A stretch of DNA of 64,000 nt, taken from Octopus vulgaris. Its lineage: Eukaryota. Position numbers and translations under genes: made by a program. This document shows positions 39,158 through 53,491 of the stretch, in pieces (the first letter of the stretch is position 1; every line of letters begins with the position of its first letter). A model generated the notes under the pieces. That model was not told where the DNA came from and did not search any database. It saw nothing but the letters and a program-made list of their open reading frames with translations. The DNA is taken from the NCBI GenBank assembly GCA_951406725.2, contig OX597820.1:30690001-30754000 (forward strand), in the 5' to 3' direction.

Positions 39158-39765
39158 TGTAGGGATCTAGCTTGACCCTACCTGAGATTTGAAACTAAAT
39201 CCACCTGCTTGTTGCTTGTCAAAAAGAGCGGGAAATCCACTCCACACCAGATGATTGATGAGGAAACACTCGACCTCCTAGGACCTGTGCTGGTCAAGGA
39301 AAGGTCAGTCCTTTGTTTAAGGTTTGACCTACATTATTGACCATAGTCTATATAACAGAAAGAATTTACTATCTCTTCCTCTTATGTGTCAGCTATGACC
39401 AAGGCGTAACACCCACTTTTTTGTGTCAGCCAGACCAGCGAGCTACACGCTCTTTTGCATCAGGTATGACCAAGAGCAGCACTTCCCTTCCGGCCGCAAG
39501 AAAGACGATGCCACCTTTATCCTTTCCTTTCTGGTCAGCACCGTGCATTCCTTACTCTTTCACTCTCTACTGACAGACAACTTTTTTCTACACTATCAAC
39601 TACTAATCAGTAAACCAACCTTGTCACTATCACTAGAATCGCTACTGTCTCTTTAACTATCTGTCGGGAAAACAAATAAACATATGTAAATAATATTTCT
39701 TCCATCTTGGTCTTGATTCTTCGATGTTTACTGATACTCCGACGCGAGAACCTTCAAGCGTTACA
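39158..39765 (+). mobile_element. Possible solo LTR
   Basis: TGTA...TACA ends, TATATAA near 39349, AATAAA near 39675, unique non-microsatellite sequence. No TSD found. Confidence 0.4.
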
Positions 39766-39833
39766 TCAACATGGTATATTTGGTAGTGGGCTACATCATA
39801 TCGATCTGATATCACATCTTTCATCAAGCCCGC

Positions 39834-39887
<54 letters not shown>

Positions 39888-39916
39888 TAGCAGAATATCT
39901 GTATATATATGTCAGG

Positions 39917-39965
<49 letters not shown>

Positions 39966-40329
39966 CGTACGTGAATGTAGTTTATGCACATCCACAAATT
40001 AGCACGCATGTCGCTCAAATTTTAGGATTACATTCGTCACGATCCTAGCTGTATTTTCGTCAAATTATTTCCCCCCGAGGCACTCGCGAATAGCGGTAAA
40101 TAATTTTGAGCCATAACTTCTCTAACAGTTTTCACGGCGAAGAAAGCCACTGTAGTGACGCCATTATTGTTTACAAACATGAGTTAAGTCCCCTTCTAGC
40201 GACGGTGTAAAGAGAGGGAGGGAAAGGGAGAGAGAGGGAGAGAGAGATAACAGATTTTAAAAATTTCGTCTTTTTACTGAGTGATTGACAGGCAAAAACA
40301 GACAGACAGGAGTTAATCCATTTAAATCA

Positions 40330-41647
40330 TATCTTTCATGAATTTCTCGCTCACACCAAACAACGTAAACTCCACTCACTCCTCCATTCCATCACACTCG
40401 ATGCCACTATCCCAACTCCCCCTACCCTTCCCGCCCTGATACACTTCTCCACCCTCACCACCCACCGCCGTCACTCCAACTCCTCCACACACACACCTAC
40501 TCCTCATCTCCTCTCTTCCAGCCTTCCACTACCCCCACCACCCCTCCCACTTCTGTCCCATCCACCCTTACTCCACTTCAGTCTGTTGTTACCATTCCTC
40601 CAGATCTTCCCTTCTCTAAGGCGGAGCGCTCCCTCCTCAGTAGGGGCCTCCGCTTCATCTCCCTCATTCCATCCAGCAACGAATTTCGGACTCGTGCCGA
40701 TATCCACAGCTTCATGCGCCGTGTTAGGTTGTGTGCGCTATTCCGCGACACTCCACCTGCATCTAATGAGGAGGACTACTTTACCAACCTGGCCGCCGAC
40801 CATCCCAGTGGACGCCAGCTCCTGGCCAGTTCCAAGCAGTCGATCTTTTTGCGGGTGTCTACCAGCGTGCTGTGGACCGGTTTGACTTTTCAAGGTGTCC
40901 CTGACATCTGAACATCTCCCCAGCCGAACTCTTGGCACTTCGATGTCTCCGATACCGCAAAGTCATCATCATAAAACCGGCCGACAAGGGTGGAGCGGTG
41001 GTGGTGTGGTGCACGGGCCTCTACAAGGTCGAAGCTCTTCCCCAACTTCAAGACACCTCCTTCTACTGCCCTCTGCCCTCTAACCCCATGCCCAGTTACC
41101 AACAGACGGTGTCCTCCACTATCTATGACCTCATCTCCTCCTCCCGTCTCCCCACCGCCTCCAACCTCATTGTTTGCACACCGCGCACCCCCATAATTTA
41201 CTTCCACCCCCAAATCCACAAACCTAACAACCCTGGCTGTCCCATCGTCTCCGCCTACAACTGCACCACCGAACTCATCTCCAGATATCTTGACCGTGTA
41301 CTCGCCCCCCTGGTGGCTTCCATCCCCTCTCACATCCATGACACCAACCATGCTCTTCGTCGGTTCAACTCTTTCTCCTTCCTTCCTGGCCCCTCTAAAC
41401 TTCTCTTCACTCTTGACATCTAGAGCCTATACACGATGATCCATCACTACGAGGGGTTTTGTGCACTCCAATACTATCTTGACTTCCGACCCAACCACCA
41501 GCCTGACACATCAGCACTTCTTCGTCTGGCCGAACTTGTTCTCTCCTTTAAATGCTTCTCGTTAGTGGGCGATTTTTACCCGCAAGCTCCGGAGTGGCCA
41601 TGGGAACGAGAATGGGCCCCAACTATGCGAACCTGTTTGTTGGCTAC

Positions 41648-41651
<4 letters not shown>
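40330..41651 (+). pseudogene. Penelope-like element reverse transcriptase remnant
   Basis: AERSLLSRGLRF, IIIKPADKGGAVVVW, YFHPQIHKPNNPGCPIVS, LFTLDI*SLYT, GVAMGTRMGPNYANLFVG are PLE RT motifs. Truncated at (TA)n. Confidence 0.92.
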
Positions 41652-41690
<39 letters not shown>

Positions 41691-41847
41691 GAATTTCTTC
41701 ACTTACCGTCTATCAAATTTATTCACAGCATTAGCCGATCTTAGGCTATAGTAGAATATAACTGAATAGCCCAAATTGAAAGCGAAACCACGTGGCTGCA
41801 AAACGTGCTTCTTAACCACATAGCTATTATGTGCACGTGAGTGAGCG

Positions 41848-41912
<65 letters not shown>

Positions 41913-42008
41913 GCACACACACACGCATACATACATACATACATACATACATACATACATACATACATACATACATACAGGCACTGGAAGTCGCTTATTG
42001 TGGTTACT

Positions 42009-42056
<48 letters not shown>

Positions 42057-42785
42057 AACGGGAAGAGAGGAAAAGAGCGCGCGCAACAGAATGACCCTGA
42101 TAGATAAATAGATATGGCAGAGATAAACAACTATTATGTGTATGTGTGTGTGCGCGCGTGTGTGCGTGCGTACGCGCGCGTTAGAAACTAGATAAAGATA
42201 TTACCTAACAACTACCTTTTGAGTTGATGAATTGAGCAGGTCTTACAACCAGTCAGTCTTACCACGTGTACTGCTTTAAGGGAAAATTTTAACACAAGCA
42301 CACACATACACACACGTACACACGCAAGCACACACACACACACACACGTACACACACACACACACACATACACATACACGTACACAAAACACTTGACTAA
42401 TTTAACGCGTGGTGTTATTTACCAGAAAACTGTATCATCAGCTGCGGGTTTTTCCGGAGAGTTTTTCACTTTTGTTTTTCTTCCTTTTTCAAACAGAAGT
42501 TCTCATTCACGGCGAAGCTATTCATTTGACCTATAGAACTACAGCCCATTGGTTAAAGCTTTTCCGGATTACTGATTTTTTTTCCTAACCAGTGATAGTC
42601 AGCTCTAAAGTAGACAATTATTAAATTTACTCAAATAATGCTAACATTTTTTTCTTGTCTTTGGTCAATGAGTGTTATTTCCTATTTGCTTTATCTAAAA
42701 ATCAAATCCATTCAAACTTTGCTTTTGTGACCTGGACATCAATGTTTTGAAACTGGCCTATTTTTCATTTTATTTCAGACAGATA

Positions 42786-43173
42786 GGCGTGGAGTGGCTG
42801 CGTGGTAAGTAGCTTGTTTACCAGCCACATGGTTCCGGGTTCAGTCACACTGAGTGGCACCTTGTGCAAGTGTCTTCTACTATAGCCTCGGTCCGACCAA
42901 AGCCTTGTGAGTGGATTTGGTAGACGGAAACTAAAAGAAACCTGTCGTATATATATATGTATGTGTATGTATATGTTCGTGTGTCTGTGTCCCCCCAACA
43001 TCGCCTGACAACCGATGCTGGTGTGTTTACGTCCCCGTAACTTAGCGGTTAGGTAAAAGAAACCGATAGAATAAGTACTAGGCCTTACAAAGAATAAGTC
43101 CTGGGTTTGATTTGCTCGACTAAAGGCGGTGTTCCAGCATGGCCACAGTCACATGACTGAAACAAGTAAAAAG
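42786..43173 (+). mobile_element. SINE family A
   Basis: Full match to family A. Confidence 0.9.
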
Positions 43174-43380
43174 AAATTCAGCACTGCGTTGCTGAAGCAG
43201 AGATATTGTTATAGCAAATATTCTGCTCAATACTATAGATTTGCTTGTCAGTTGCTGGAGCTTTGCCACTTGAGCATGTTCGTTAGTGACTGACAATATG
43301 TGCATCTCTGATCATGAGTAGGAGTTGTGGAGGAACATCATAGCCTTGTGTTGAGAGCGATCCTTTTGGGTTTCAATAAA

Positions 43381-43966
43381 TGTAACAAAAGCAAAGTTAG
43401 AAGGAAATATTAGCCTGTAGTGATCCTATACAACGGCGCGCGCTCGCGCACCGTCCATTTGTATTTCGCGCGTGCGGGGTTGGTGCTTTCACCACCGGAA
43501 GAAGAACCCTTTTGCCTACGTAGCAGTTAGCCGAGGCAAGGGGATCGTAAGACGTTGACCACCAGCGTCCAGCAAGCAGCGACTTGAGACAGCAGCGACT
43601 TGAGACAGCAGCGACTGAAGGCGACGGTCACGTATATTTTCTCTCCGTCCGAACTTGATTCTAGCAGCACCTTACCAAAAGGCCTTTAACCAAATTGTTG
43701 CAGACCACATCTCCCTGTTCCGGACGCCATCTTTGACCAGTGTCGTTTTGCATTTGAACACTTTCTTATTTTACAGCGATAAGGTTCAGCACTGACACAT
43801 TTATACCAAAGGGATACCAGATAACCACTTATTGTTACTGTTACCACATTAGAGAATAAAGTAGTATATATATCTTTTACGTCTGCGTCTTGTTGTTTCT
43901 GACTGGTAGAATTCTGGATTATTAAAGCAACGGCTAGTGATTGCTTTCTTGTACCCCGAAAGTACA
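43381..43966 (+). mobile_element. Possible solo LTR
   Basis: TGTA...TACA ends, CpG-rich 5' part, 16-bp tandem CAGCAGCGACTTGAGA repeats at about 43573-43618, AATAAA at about 43855. No clean TSD. Confidence 0.45.
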
Positions 43967-44608
43967 AGAGAATTCACTCACACAAGTTCTTTACAAGCCG
44001 TTTTTCACACTTTCCAGGAGTAATGACAATTACTACCCAAGGACAAAAATCATATTACACTGTGTAATTAAATGAAATACAGAAACCTGTAAAGCTCCTT
44101 TCCGAGTTGTACAAATTCACAGGATCGCTTTCCCGATTTTTGTCCCTGGACGAGACGGAGGAGTACTCATTTTTTTAATACATGAAATGGCTATGAGGGT
44201 CATCTGAGTAAAACAGGGATCAAAGGGGTCCATAAGTATAAAAAAAAAAGGTTGAGAACCACTAGTATAAAAAATACAAGTTTATTAATACTGTACTGTG
44301 CAAGGTACTATGAAACAGGATCACCCAGTAAACTAGTCTGGAAGTCCGCAAGAAATTGAAGCTCCTGCTCATAAATTAGTATGGAGGTTCCGTACCATCA
44401 GAGTCCGAAAAATCTGTGCTGTACCTGTACATACTTAACTAATAACCACAGCAGTACTAAATACTAAAGTACAACCCAAGTCAGCGAGGGACCCTCTACG
44501 TGGTTGCTCGGCGTGTTAGAAATAGGAGATAAATTTCAGTTAAATTACACCCTATGCTTTTTAAAGGATAAGGGTTGAAAAAAAAAAGGCAAGAAACAGG
44601 TGAGATGT

Positions 44609-44767
44609 CGCAGGTGTGGCTGTGTGGTTTAGAAGCTCGCTTTACAACCACGTGGTTTTAGGTTCAGTCCCACAAGTCGGCATCTTGGACAAGTGTCTTC
44701 TACTATAGCCTCGGGCCAACAAAAGCCTTCTGGGTGGATTTAATAGACGGAAACTGAAAGAAGCCCG

Positions 44768-44826
<59 letters not shown>

Positions 44827-45068
44827 GGGGGGGCGTGTGTGTGTGTGTGTATGTGTGTGTATATGCTTGTGTGTCTGTATTTGTCCCCCCCAACATCGCT
44901 TGACAACCGATGCTGGTGTGTTTACGTCCCCATAACTTAGCGATTCGGCAAAAGAGACCAATAGAATAAGTACTAGGCTTACAAAGAATAAGTCCCGGGG
45001 TCGATTTGCTCGACTAAAGGCGGTGCTCTAGCATGGCCCCAGTCAAATGTCTGAAACAAGTAAAAGAG
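44609..45068 (+). mobile_element. SINE family A
   Basis: Full match to family A. Confidence 0.9.
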
Positions 45069-45698
45069 AGACGTTCCAATCGAACGATGCGGTATGGTAT
45101 TAGACACATTGGTCTTTCGCTAGCTGAAATATTTCCACTGCGCACATCACAACTTCTGATGAAAACAGCAGTGCGCTTACTGACCTGGTTGATCCTGGTC
45201 GTTGACAGTTTGTTGTCTGTCCACCCGCTCAGCATCTGCTGGTGTTCGACATTGATTCAGCAAGCTCATTTACCAAAATAGTTTATACCTCAACCATGCT
45301 GATTCTCATGATTTCAACTTATTCTGGCTCAGGGGTTTTACATGCTATTTAACTCATACCGGGGACCCAGATAGGTGCAACTACTCCGGGTCAGAATGGA
45401 CCTGCAACAATAATGTCTGAGAGGCGGTTTCACGCTCCTCAAAACCCTGGAATTCCCCAACCAGGGCCCCACTACCCGATGTAGTTTAAAGTCATACCCA
45501 AGACGTGTGTGTATGTGTGTATGTATTTGTGTGTGTGTGTGGTTTGTATGTGTGATGTGTGAATGTGCATGTGAGTGTGTGCATGTGAGTGTGTGCATGT
45601 GTGTATTTATGTATGTATGGATATACGTATGGATGTGTATAAAATTAAATAAATGACAAAGGAAAAGGAAATTATGTAATGAACTCCATTAGCTTATA

Positions 45699-46109
45699 GA
45701 CGTAGAAGTGGCTGTGTGGTAAGTAGCTTGCTTACCAACCGCATGGTTCCGGGTTCAGTCCCATTGCGTGGCACCTTGGGCAAGTGTCTTCTACTATAGC
45801 CTCGGGCCACCAAAGCCTTGTGAGTGGATTTGGTTGACGGAAACTGAAAGAAGCCCGTCGTATGTATGTATATATATATGTATGTATGTGTGTGTATATG
45901 TTTGTGTTCTGTGTTTGTCCCCCCAACATCGCTTGAAAACCGATGCTGGTGTGTTTACGTCCACCTAACTTAGCGGTTCGGCAAAAGGAACTGATAGAAT
46001 AAGTACTAGGCTTACAAAGAATAAGTCCCGGGGTCGATTTGCTCGACTAAAGGCGGTGCTCCAGCATGGCCACAGTCACACGACTGAAACAAGTAAAAGA
46101 GTAAAAGAG
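45699..46109 (+). mobile_element. SINE family A
   Basis: Full match to family A. Confidence 0.9.
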
Positions 46110-49100
46110 CTTACATCTGTTTCTGCGATAAGATGCAGTGTACTCAGAGTCGAGTGCGTGTCCGTATTATTTTTCTGGTTCATTTACTCTGAAGTAAAGA
46201 TAATTAAAATTTAACTGTGAATTCACATCTAAACTATTTCTTATTTATTTTGTAGTTAATAATAATAATAAAAGTAGAAAGTGTTAATCAGATATTGGTA
46301 TTTCGTTCTTTGGACTTCCTGAGTTCGATGTTGAATTCATGACAATCGTTTTTCGCTTAACATAGCGTTGTGGACATCCGAAGATCGTTAAGCATACTTG
46401 TGATCAGTATCGTAGCCGGTAGAGGGAAGTGGGGAAGATCCGCCCCGGGCGGCACAACTTTTGGGTCTGTTGTAGGCAATATGTATTTTTTTTTTTCTTG
46501 TGGCGACCTGGGAACGCAAACTGAAGGGCCGCCCCGGGCGGCACACACTGTGTTTGTGATTAGCCTTATGATTAATTTATTATTAACTACAAAATAAGAA
46601 ATAGTTTCAATATGAATCCTAAAGTTGAATTTTAATAATTGTTACTCAGAAATAGATTTTCTCCCCAGGAAAAAAACAGTAGATAGATCAATTAATTGTG
46701 ATTGAACGAATTCCAACTACCATTCATTGGGAGTTCGCTAATCACCTCGTATATTTTCTCATGAAGACTAAGGCAATAATCAGAGGAATGCGATGAACCA
46801 AATGTACATACACACACACACTCTTTCTCTCTCGCTCTCCCCCCACACACGCACACACATATACACAAAGACACACACACATACACACACAGAGACGGAA
46901 TTGTGGCTGTTAAGAGAAAACGGTTTCATAAAATGCAGAATATTTTCGAAAACACTTGTTTTTAAAAAGAGAGGAAGAGAGTCCCGCACCAAAATGATTC
47001 ACAAACCACTGCCAGACCAATCGATTACCAGACTAATTCATTACTGCAGTCGTGGTAGGGGCCGCTTCGCCTGTCGTTTACCTCACCAACCCAACTACAT
47101 CTCTTCACCATCAAACTTCACTCATCTGTTTTTACACCCCACACTTTTTACTACCATAGCCATTTGGCAAGCAATTCTCCAAACTACTTCAGGCCATCAT
47201 TACCAGGGTGATTAGTCAAACGAGTTTCACCATAATTTAATTATGTTTTATTTTAAAGAATCTAACAAATAACCAAATAATGTCCATGTGCCTGACACAA
47301 TTGATGGCCGCAGCATTACTCCATTCGATACGACCGCAACTATACTTTTTCCAAATGAAGTTTGAATTTAGAAAATTCTATTCTGAAAGTCCAATTTTTA
47401 ATGGTGGGCGGTATCTTCAGCAGATAAACTTCTATAAATTCTGATCAGAATTAACCAATGAATATCTATTTACATAAACATATCTACAATTACGAAAAAA
47501 TATATATTCACTTGAAGAAATACTGGCAGCAGAACTGCAACACCCCCTATTTCCACTCGATATTATCGATAACGTTCAATATAATGAGTCCTTTTACTTT
47601 AATTCTTTCTTTATACTTCTACATTATATAATCCTTAAGCTTAATGTCAGTACCTGTCGCTTTGTTGATGAAAAAAAAAACCAAAAATCCCTGTATAGAA
47701 CTGTGTGCTTCACAGTTTCAGTGACGTGGTGTTTGACTGTTGTGCGCATGCTCACATGTTCGAGATAGAAAGCTTCACGCTAGGGAGAGAGAGCACTGCA
47801 TGAACGACAGTTCCGACCCTGATATGCTGATGAAATGTAGTGCTTCTTTTTGATTCCGGGTGTGTTATGCTTAACGTCTTTATATTCTTAAATGTGATAA
47901 AATGTAGAATTAGATTATTTTGTGATTTAGGGGAGGATTTTTGAAAAACAAGGGGGAATTCGCGGCGATTTTTAGTGAACAAATTAAACACACTACCTGG
48001 CAGTGGCTAAAACGCAAACTGATCAAGTTTATATATAAATATTCTTTTTATATATTTGTTTCCTTTTACACAATATTAAAACAACGCCTAAAAATCTTCT
48101 GAATCAGCATCCCCAATAATTTTATCTACGAACCGCCACTGACTCGCAGAATTCCTATTTCTTTTACTTACTGCACTAATCACAATTTCCTTTTTTTCTG
48201 AGCATATTGGCGTTGAAATATTTTCGTTAAATTCGTCTGTCTTTACGTTCTGGGTTCAAATTCCGCCGAGGTCGACTTTACCTATCATCCTTTCGAGGTC
48301 GATAAATTAAGTACCATTTGCGTACTGGGGACTGGCTCCCTCTCCCAAAATTTCGGGCATTGCGCCTAGAGCAGAAAAAAATATTTTCGTCAAATGAGAA
48401 GCATTCTTAGGTAAAGCCAAAATGTTTATCTTTAATAGATTTCCCAATAAAAGCAGGTTTAATTATTGCATCCATGGAAAATTTATCAATCGCAACTAAT
48501 TTGTATACTGTACCTTTTATAGTCTCAGTTTGGTTTTCCCTAAAGAATGTTTTTTCCTGTTTCTTTATTATGATCGTAAAATCTAATATAGAAGGACAGT
48601 ACAGGACAATACAAAACATTAATAAAGAAATACTCAGCGAGTTGTTTTTCAGTTCGTTTTTTTTTTTACACAAAAATATATCAAGTTAAAAATAGATGAT
48701 TTATATGATTTAAAAATTTAGATTCCATTTTTTTTCTTGTTGGTCTACTGTCCAACGGCTACATCCTTTTTTTCCTTATGGTAGATTAAGTAGGGACACT
48801 CACTCCCAACTTCCTTACCACATCCTGTTATTTCCTGTTGGTCAATTATTTCTGAAAGAGTTTTATCTATATCAATTGTACTAGTTTTTGAGAAAATGTC
48901 TTTGAATGATCTTTAACCTTTTGTCTGTCCAAAGCATTTTCATAAGTTTGTCCTAAACGTTCGTGCTTGTTTTCAGTTTTAGCTAGCCCTTGTTTCATAC
49001 GGCCTGAGTAATTTAAAGCTTTTCTTTCATAAGTCTCACGAGGCAAGCGAAGGGTTAAACAATATTAAAAAAACTCTTGTACAACCACTGGACTACCTTT

Positions 49101-50205
49101 AAACAATTTTGGTAATTTATGATTAGATTCTAGATCATATATCCGAGAATTCCTTGGTAACAGAATACAATCTAGCGAATTTTCGATTGCAGTATCAACA
49201 AAATTTCCCTGCGACTCGGGGTGTGAGAATCCTGGAAAATAATCCTTAATGCTGAATTCCTACTCTATCGAAGTTGACTTTGCCTTTCATTTCTCCAGTG
49301 TCTATAGATTAATTCCCGATCGTTTATTGGGATAGATTAAATCGACAATAATATCTTTATTGTTTTCAACAGCTTTTGTTTATGACAAAATTTAATCTCT
49401 ATAAGCACGACGTTTCTTTTTAAGGAGAGGGTGCTTCAATTATCATAGTTTCCGGATTTGGAATTGGAAATAGGGGATTCTTCTGATAAAAATTTCACGT
49501 CTTTGTGCTAACAGAGAGGTTGAAATCCTTGGATCAAATCCCTTTTTCTGTTTAATTACATCTGAGTTGAAATCAGGATGGAGCTAATATCTTCTTTCAT
49601 CCATTCGGATCGTCGGTTAAATAAGGACCAATATTATATACTGAGGCCTAAATTCTTATGATAGTCAGTCGCCCAAGACCGCCCCTGTTCCTGTGAATCA
49701 AAACACCTTTAAAATGTCCATATTTAAATCAAAACCTTTCAATATAATTTTAGATTAAAACTTTTTTAATTATGTTCGGAAAACTGGTTAAAGTCTGCCT
49801 CGAGCTCAGAGCATCATTAGATCGAGGCTTAACTCAGTTGCTGAGGAGTTTAAGCGACATAGAATACAAGACTTTCGATAGAATGAGACACGTAGATGAT
49901 CCATCATAGAGTTAAGCCCTAGCTGTCTCCAGTACTCATTTTCGACTGAGTAGAGTGAAGAAACATGAAGTAAAGCGCCTGACTCATGGACACAATGCGC
50001 CGTCCAGTGTGATAATTGAAACCACGACCCAATAACCGTCGTCGCTATCATCATCACCACTTTCACCATCACCAAAAACAACGGTGTCGTCGTCGTCATT
50101 GTCATCATCATCATCATCATCATCAACACTGCCGCTGCCACCGCCGTCGTCATCAGCAGTAGATTTCTTCATCTGAAAATTCATTCGAATTTTCATTATA
50201 TTTTG

Positions 50206-50575
50206 TTACATCCGGTTTTAGCGAAGGCGGAGGTATTATTTCCAGTCGTGTTTGTTTGTCTATAAACAAGATATCTCAAGAACCGCTGGATGGATTCGGA
50301 TGAAACTTCAGGGATATTTGACCTCGTGGCTGGCACAAATTGATTAGATTTGGGAATCGATCTGTTACTGGACAAGGGTTCTGAATAATTTAACCTGTTT
50401 TTGTTTTTTTACTTAATTTTTAAGAGCGATCGGGTTCATGTTAAGTATTCTTGATTGTGAGAGCAGCAGTCAAGTTTATTTAAGATATTCTCATTTTTAA
50501 AAAATCATCTCTGGCTAATTGTTTAGAGGATGTCGGTGTTGCTTTGGCGGAGGTTTGCGCTCTCTGAGTGCTCTT
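50206..50575 (+). mobile_element. Helentron-associated non-autonomous element (HINE-like)
   Basis: 5' TTACATCCGG..GAAGGCGGAGGT, GTTT/GTCT microsatellite, 3' subterminal GGCGGAGGT plus terminal hairpin GCGCTC-tct-GAGTGC, TT context. Confidence 0.65.
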
Positions 50576-50633
50576 ATATTTAAATTTACCAGGATATTAA
50601 GAATCCTTATTTGTTCCGTTATTTATTTATTTA

Positions 50634-50693
<60 letters not shown>

Positions 50694-51151
50694 TGTGTTA
50701 TCTAAACTCCCAAACCTATAACTAATCAGATAATAAAGCTTGCTTTAATCTTGCTGTTAACAAAGATTATTAATGAGATTATAAATATAATTTCAGATTA
50801 GTGAGTGGACGCGCGCACGCACGCGTACACACACACATACACACGCACACACACATACACACAAACTCCTACTAACTCCCTGTCTCTCTCTTCATCTATC
50901 TATTTCTCTAATACAGGCTATGCATACTCCACTTAAAAAATTGATTTTTTTAAAATCCAATTTTCCCTACCTTTAGCAGACCACCCGCATCAAACACATT
51001 CATCACTTCATGAGTCAACGAGGAAGATTTTAGGTGGTGCTTCGTTCTGCTTGATATAGCAGTCAAGTCTCCCTCCTACCACGCCCAATTGTTTCATGAT
51101 AATATAACACTTCTATTTTCATGAGACAGAGAAAAAAATATTTATGTTCAT

Positions 51152-52069
51152 CAGGGCCGGCGCAAGGAAGTGTGGGGCTCAATTAAAGAATTGCCTGTGG
51201 GGGCCTTCTACTTTACAAAATCTGAAGATTGATGTTTTATGCTTCGTGTAGTACACCTGTCCCAGTCAAAAAGCGTTGAGGGCTTCGGCTCCACTATTAG
51301 CCACAATGATATACTAAAACCTGAAAGCTCATATGAAAGTTTTAATGTTTTATTATAAATCAAGACAATTACTGATATACTGTTTGTGAATTTATTTATT
51401 TATGCGCCCTTTTCAAGCCTAGCCAGGCTTGTGGGCCCGGTTTCCCGGTTTCTGTGGCGTTTGTGTTCCCCCCAGCTGGACGGGACGTCAGTCCATCGCA
51501 GCGTTACCCAAGAAACAGGAAGAAAGAGTGAAAGTTAGGGCGAAAGAGTATAACAGGGGTCGCCACCACCCCCTGCCGGAGCCTCGTTGAGCTTTAGGTG
51601 TTTTCGCTCAATAAACACACACAACGCCCAGTCTGGGAATCGAAACCGCGATCTTCCGACCACGAGTCCGCTGCCCTAACCACTGGGCCATTGCGCCTCC
51701 ACACTGTTTGTGAATAAGCCTTCTAAAAACAGATTTTTCTGGCTTCTTTATCAGAGAAATCTTTCAAAATCGTTTCAAAGTCAATGGTTTTTGTAATGTC
51801 ATTTTCTATAGATAGCATGACCAAACTATTTAGCCTAACTTATGAAATTGTTGACCGTGGGTGTGTTTTAATCAATTTTAGTTTTGCAAAACTTCTTTCA
51901 CCAAATGCGACAATTACGAGCATTACTGAGTAAATCCTCAAAGCAATAAAATCGTTAGGAAATGTTTAATTCATCTTAGCATCCTCAGCTCGAGCGTATG
52001 CTCGGGGCCCTTTCTTGGCGCGGGCCCAATTTAAACAAATCTGCCTGATTGGAATTAAAACCTGTCCTG
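51152..52069. mobile_element. Old hAT-like non-autonomous element containing a SINE
   Basis: CAGGGCCGG... and ...CCTGTCCTG ends, with GGGCCC subterminal motifs at both ends. TSD degenerate. Confidence 0.5.
51392..51702 (-). mobile_element. tRNA-derived SINE (family C head)
   Basis: Same type as 2885-3167. TSD ACTGTTTGTGAAT at 51379-51391 and 51703-51715. Confidence 0.9.
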
Positions 52070-52083
52070 ATGCAATTATTCGG

Positions 52084-52156
52084 TTGCTATAATAAGACTC
52101 CGAGTTTCGGATGTCGAGGCGGAAACTGCTTCGGCATCTCGTCAGTTAGCGAGCAA
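52084..52156 (-). ncRNA. Type I hammerhead motif with canonical core and GUC triplet
   Basis: Minus strand UUGCU-cgc-UAA-CUGACGA-GAUGCCGAAGCAG-uuu-CCGCCUCGACAUC-C-GAAA-CUC-g-GAG-UC-UUA-uuau-AGCAA. Confidence 0.7.
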
Positions 52157-52199
52157 TCGAGGTCTCGTTCATCCTTTTGTTGTCTTACCATTACTATTA

Positions 52200-52234
<35 letters not shown>

Positions 52235-52264
52235 CATGGACATTTTTAGACCTAAGTGAGCATA

Positions 52265-52809
52265 GACATACTTACACAAGTGTGCCCATCTAATCGATTT
52301 TGTTTCCTCATAACTTTCAGAAAAATGGATGTTCTTTAATGGAATTTTCCACGAATAACTTTCAGATGGTGTACATTATGACTATATCGGAATTTGATGA
52401 GAAAAAAGTTGGTGGATATTCAGTGACACACATTACATAAATGTGTGTGTGTGCGATTGTGTGTCAGTATGCATGTATGTGCGAATAACAACTTTTTCGC
52501 ATCAGATTCCGATATAATCGCAATCTACACAATCTGAAAGGTATTTGTGAAAAGTTTCATCAAAAATTATCCTTTTTTCTGAAATTTAGGAGATAATAAA
52601 GTCAACTAATGTGAATTGTCCGAAACTCTCCTCTCTCCACTACCTCCGAATTTTTTTTTTTTCTTTTGTTTTGCGCAACATATTCCGTTATAATCGGTAT
52701 CTACACCATTTGAAAGGGATTTGAAGAAAATTTCATTAAAAACTATTCCTTTTTCTGGAAGTTATGAGGAAACAAAGTCGATAATGGGACACAATTGCGT
52801 AGGTATGCC
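52265..52809. mobile_element. Mutator-type MITE with about 130-bp TIRs
   Basis: GACATACTTACACAA... and ...TTGCGTAGGTATGCC long imperfect TIRs. 9-bp TSD-like GTGAGCATA (52256-52264) and GAGAGCACA (52810-52818). An extra internal TIR copy at about 52495-52600. Confidence 0.75.
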
Positions 52810-53312
52810 GAGAGCACATCCCTCTCCGATCGTTTACCAAGTAGATTTCTTCCAGAGAGAAAAAACATAAAAAGTAGAGTGAAACAAAGAGAATAGATCT
52901 GGCAACTTAATTTATCTGACATTTTAACGACACTGACAACTGGCTACATTAGAGTAATATAATTTATTACACATAAGTATAAAATGCTTATATAAGTAAA
53001 AAATGCTTATTTTCTTTCAAATTTTCCCCCTTTTTCCCCTATGTATTTCGGCGATCCCAAGCACATGGTGTTCCCCCGCCCGATCAAGTGAAGTAGAGGG
53101 CGTTACCCAAGTTTCTTGTAGCTTACCTCCAGTCGGCACTTCAATAAGAATTGTATCCAGAATTGTAGTTGTACTGTTAAAGGTCAGGCTTGCTTCTAGC
53201 TGCATCCCATGACTAATTAGTCTCTTACCAAATGGTTGTTCTCATCACTACAAGCGTATTTTCAATTCACTGAAATTTCTTGGTTCGCTGCATCACATGT
53301 TAGCACATAATT

Positions 53313-53354
<42 letters not shown>

Positions 53355-53491
53355 TTACTATAAGGTGAGCAAAAGTATACGTACTCCGCTATATGTATAT
53401 ATGAATATTAAGAAAAAATGGAACCAAAACGCAGTAGAAGACAATAAAACATCTGGACAGATAACCGATACAAAGACGGATAGGAAAAACA

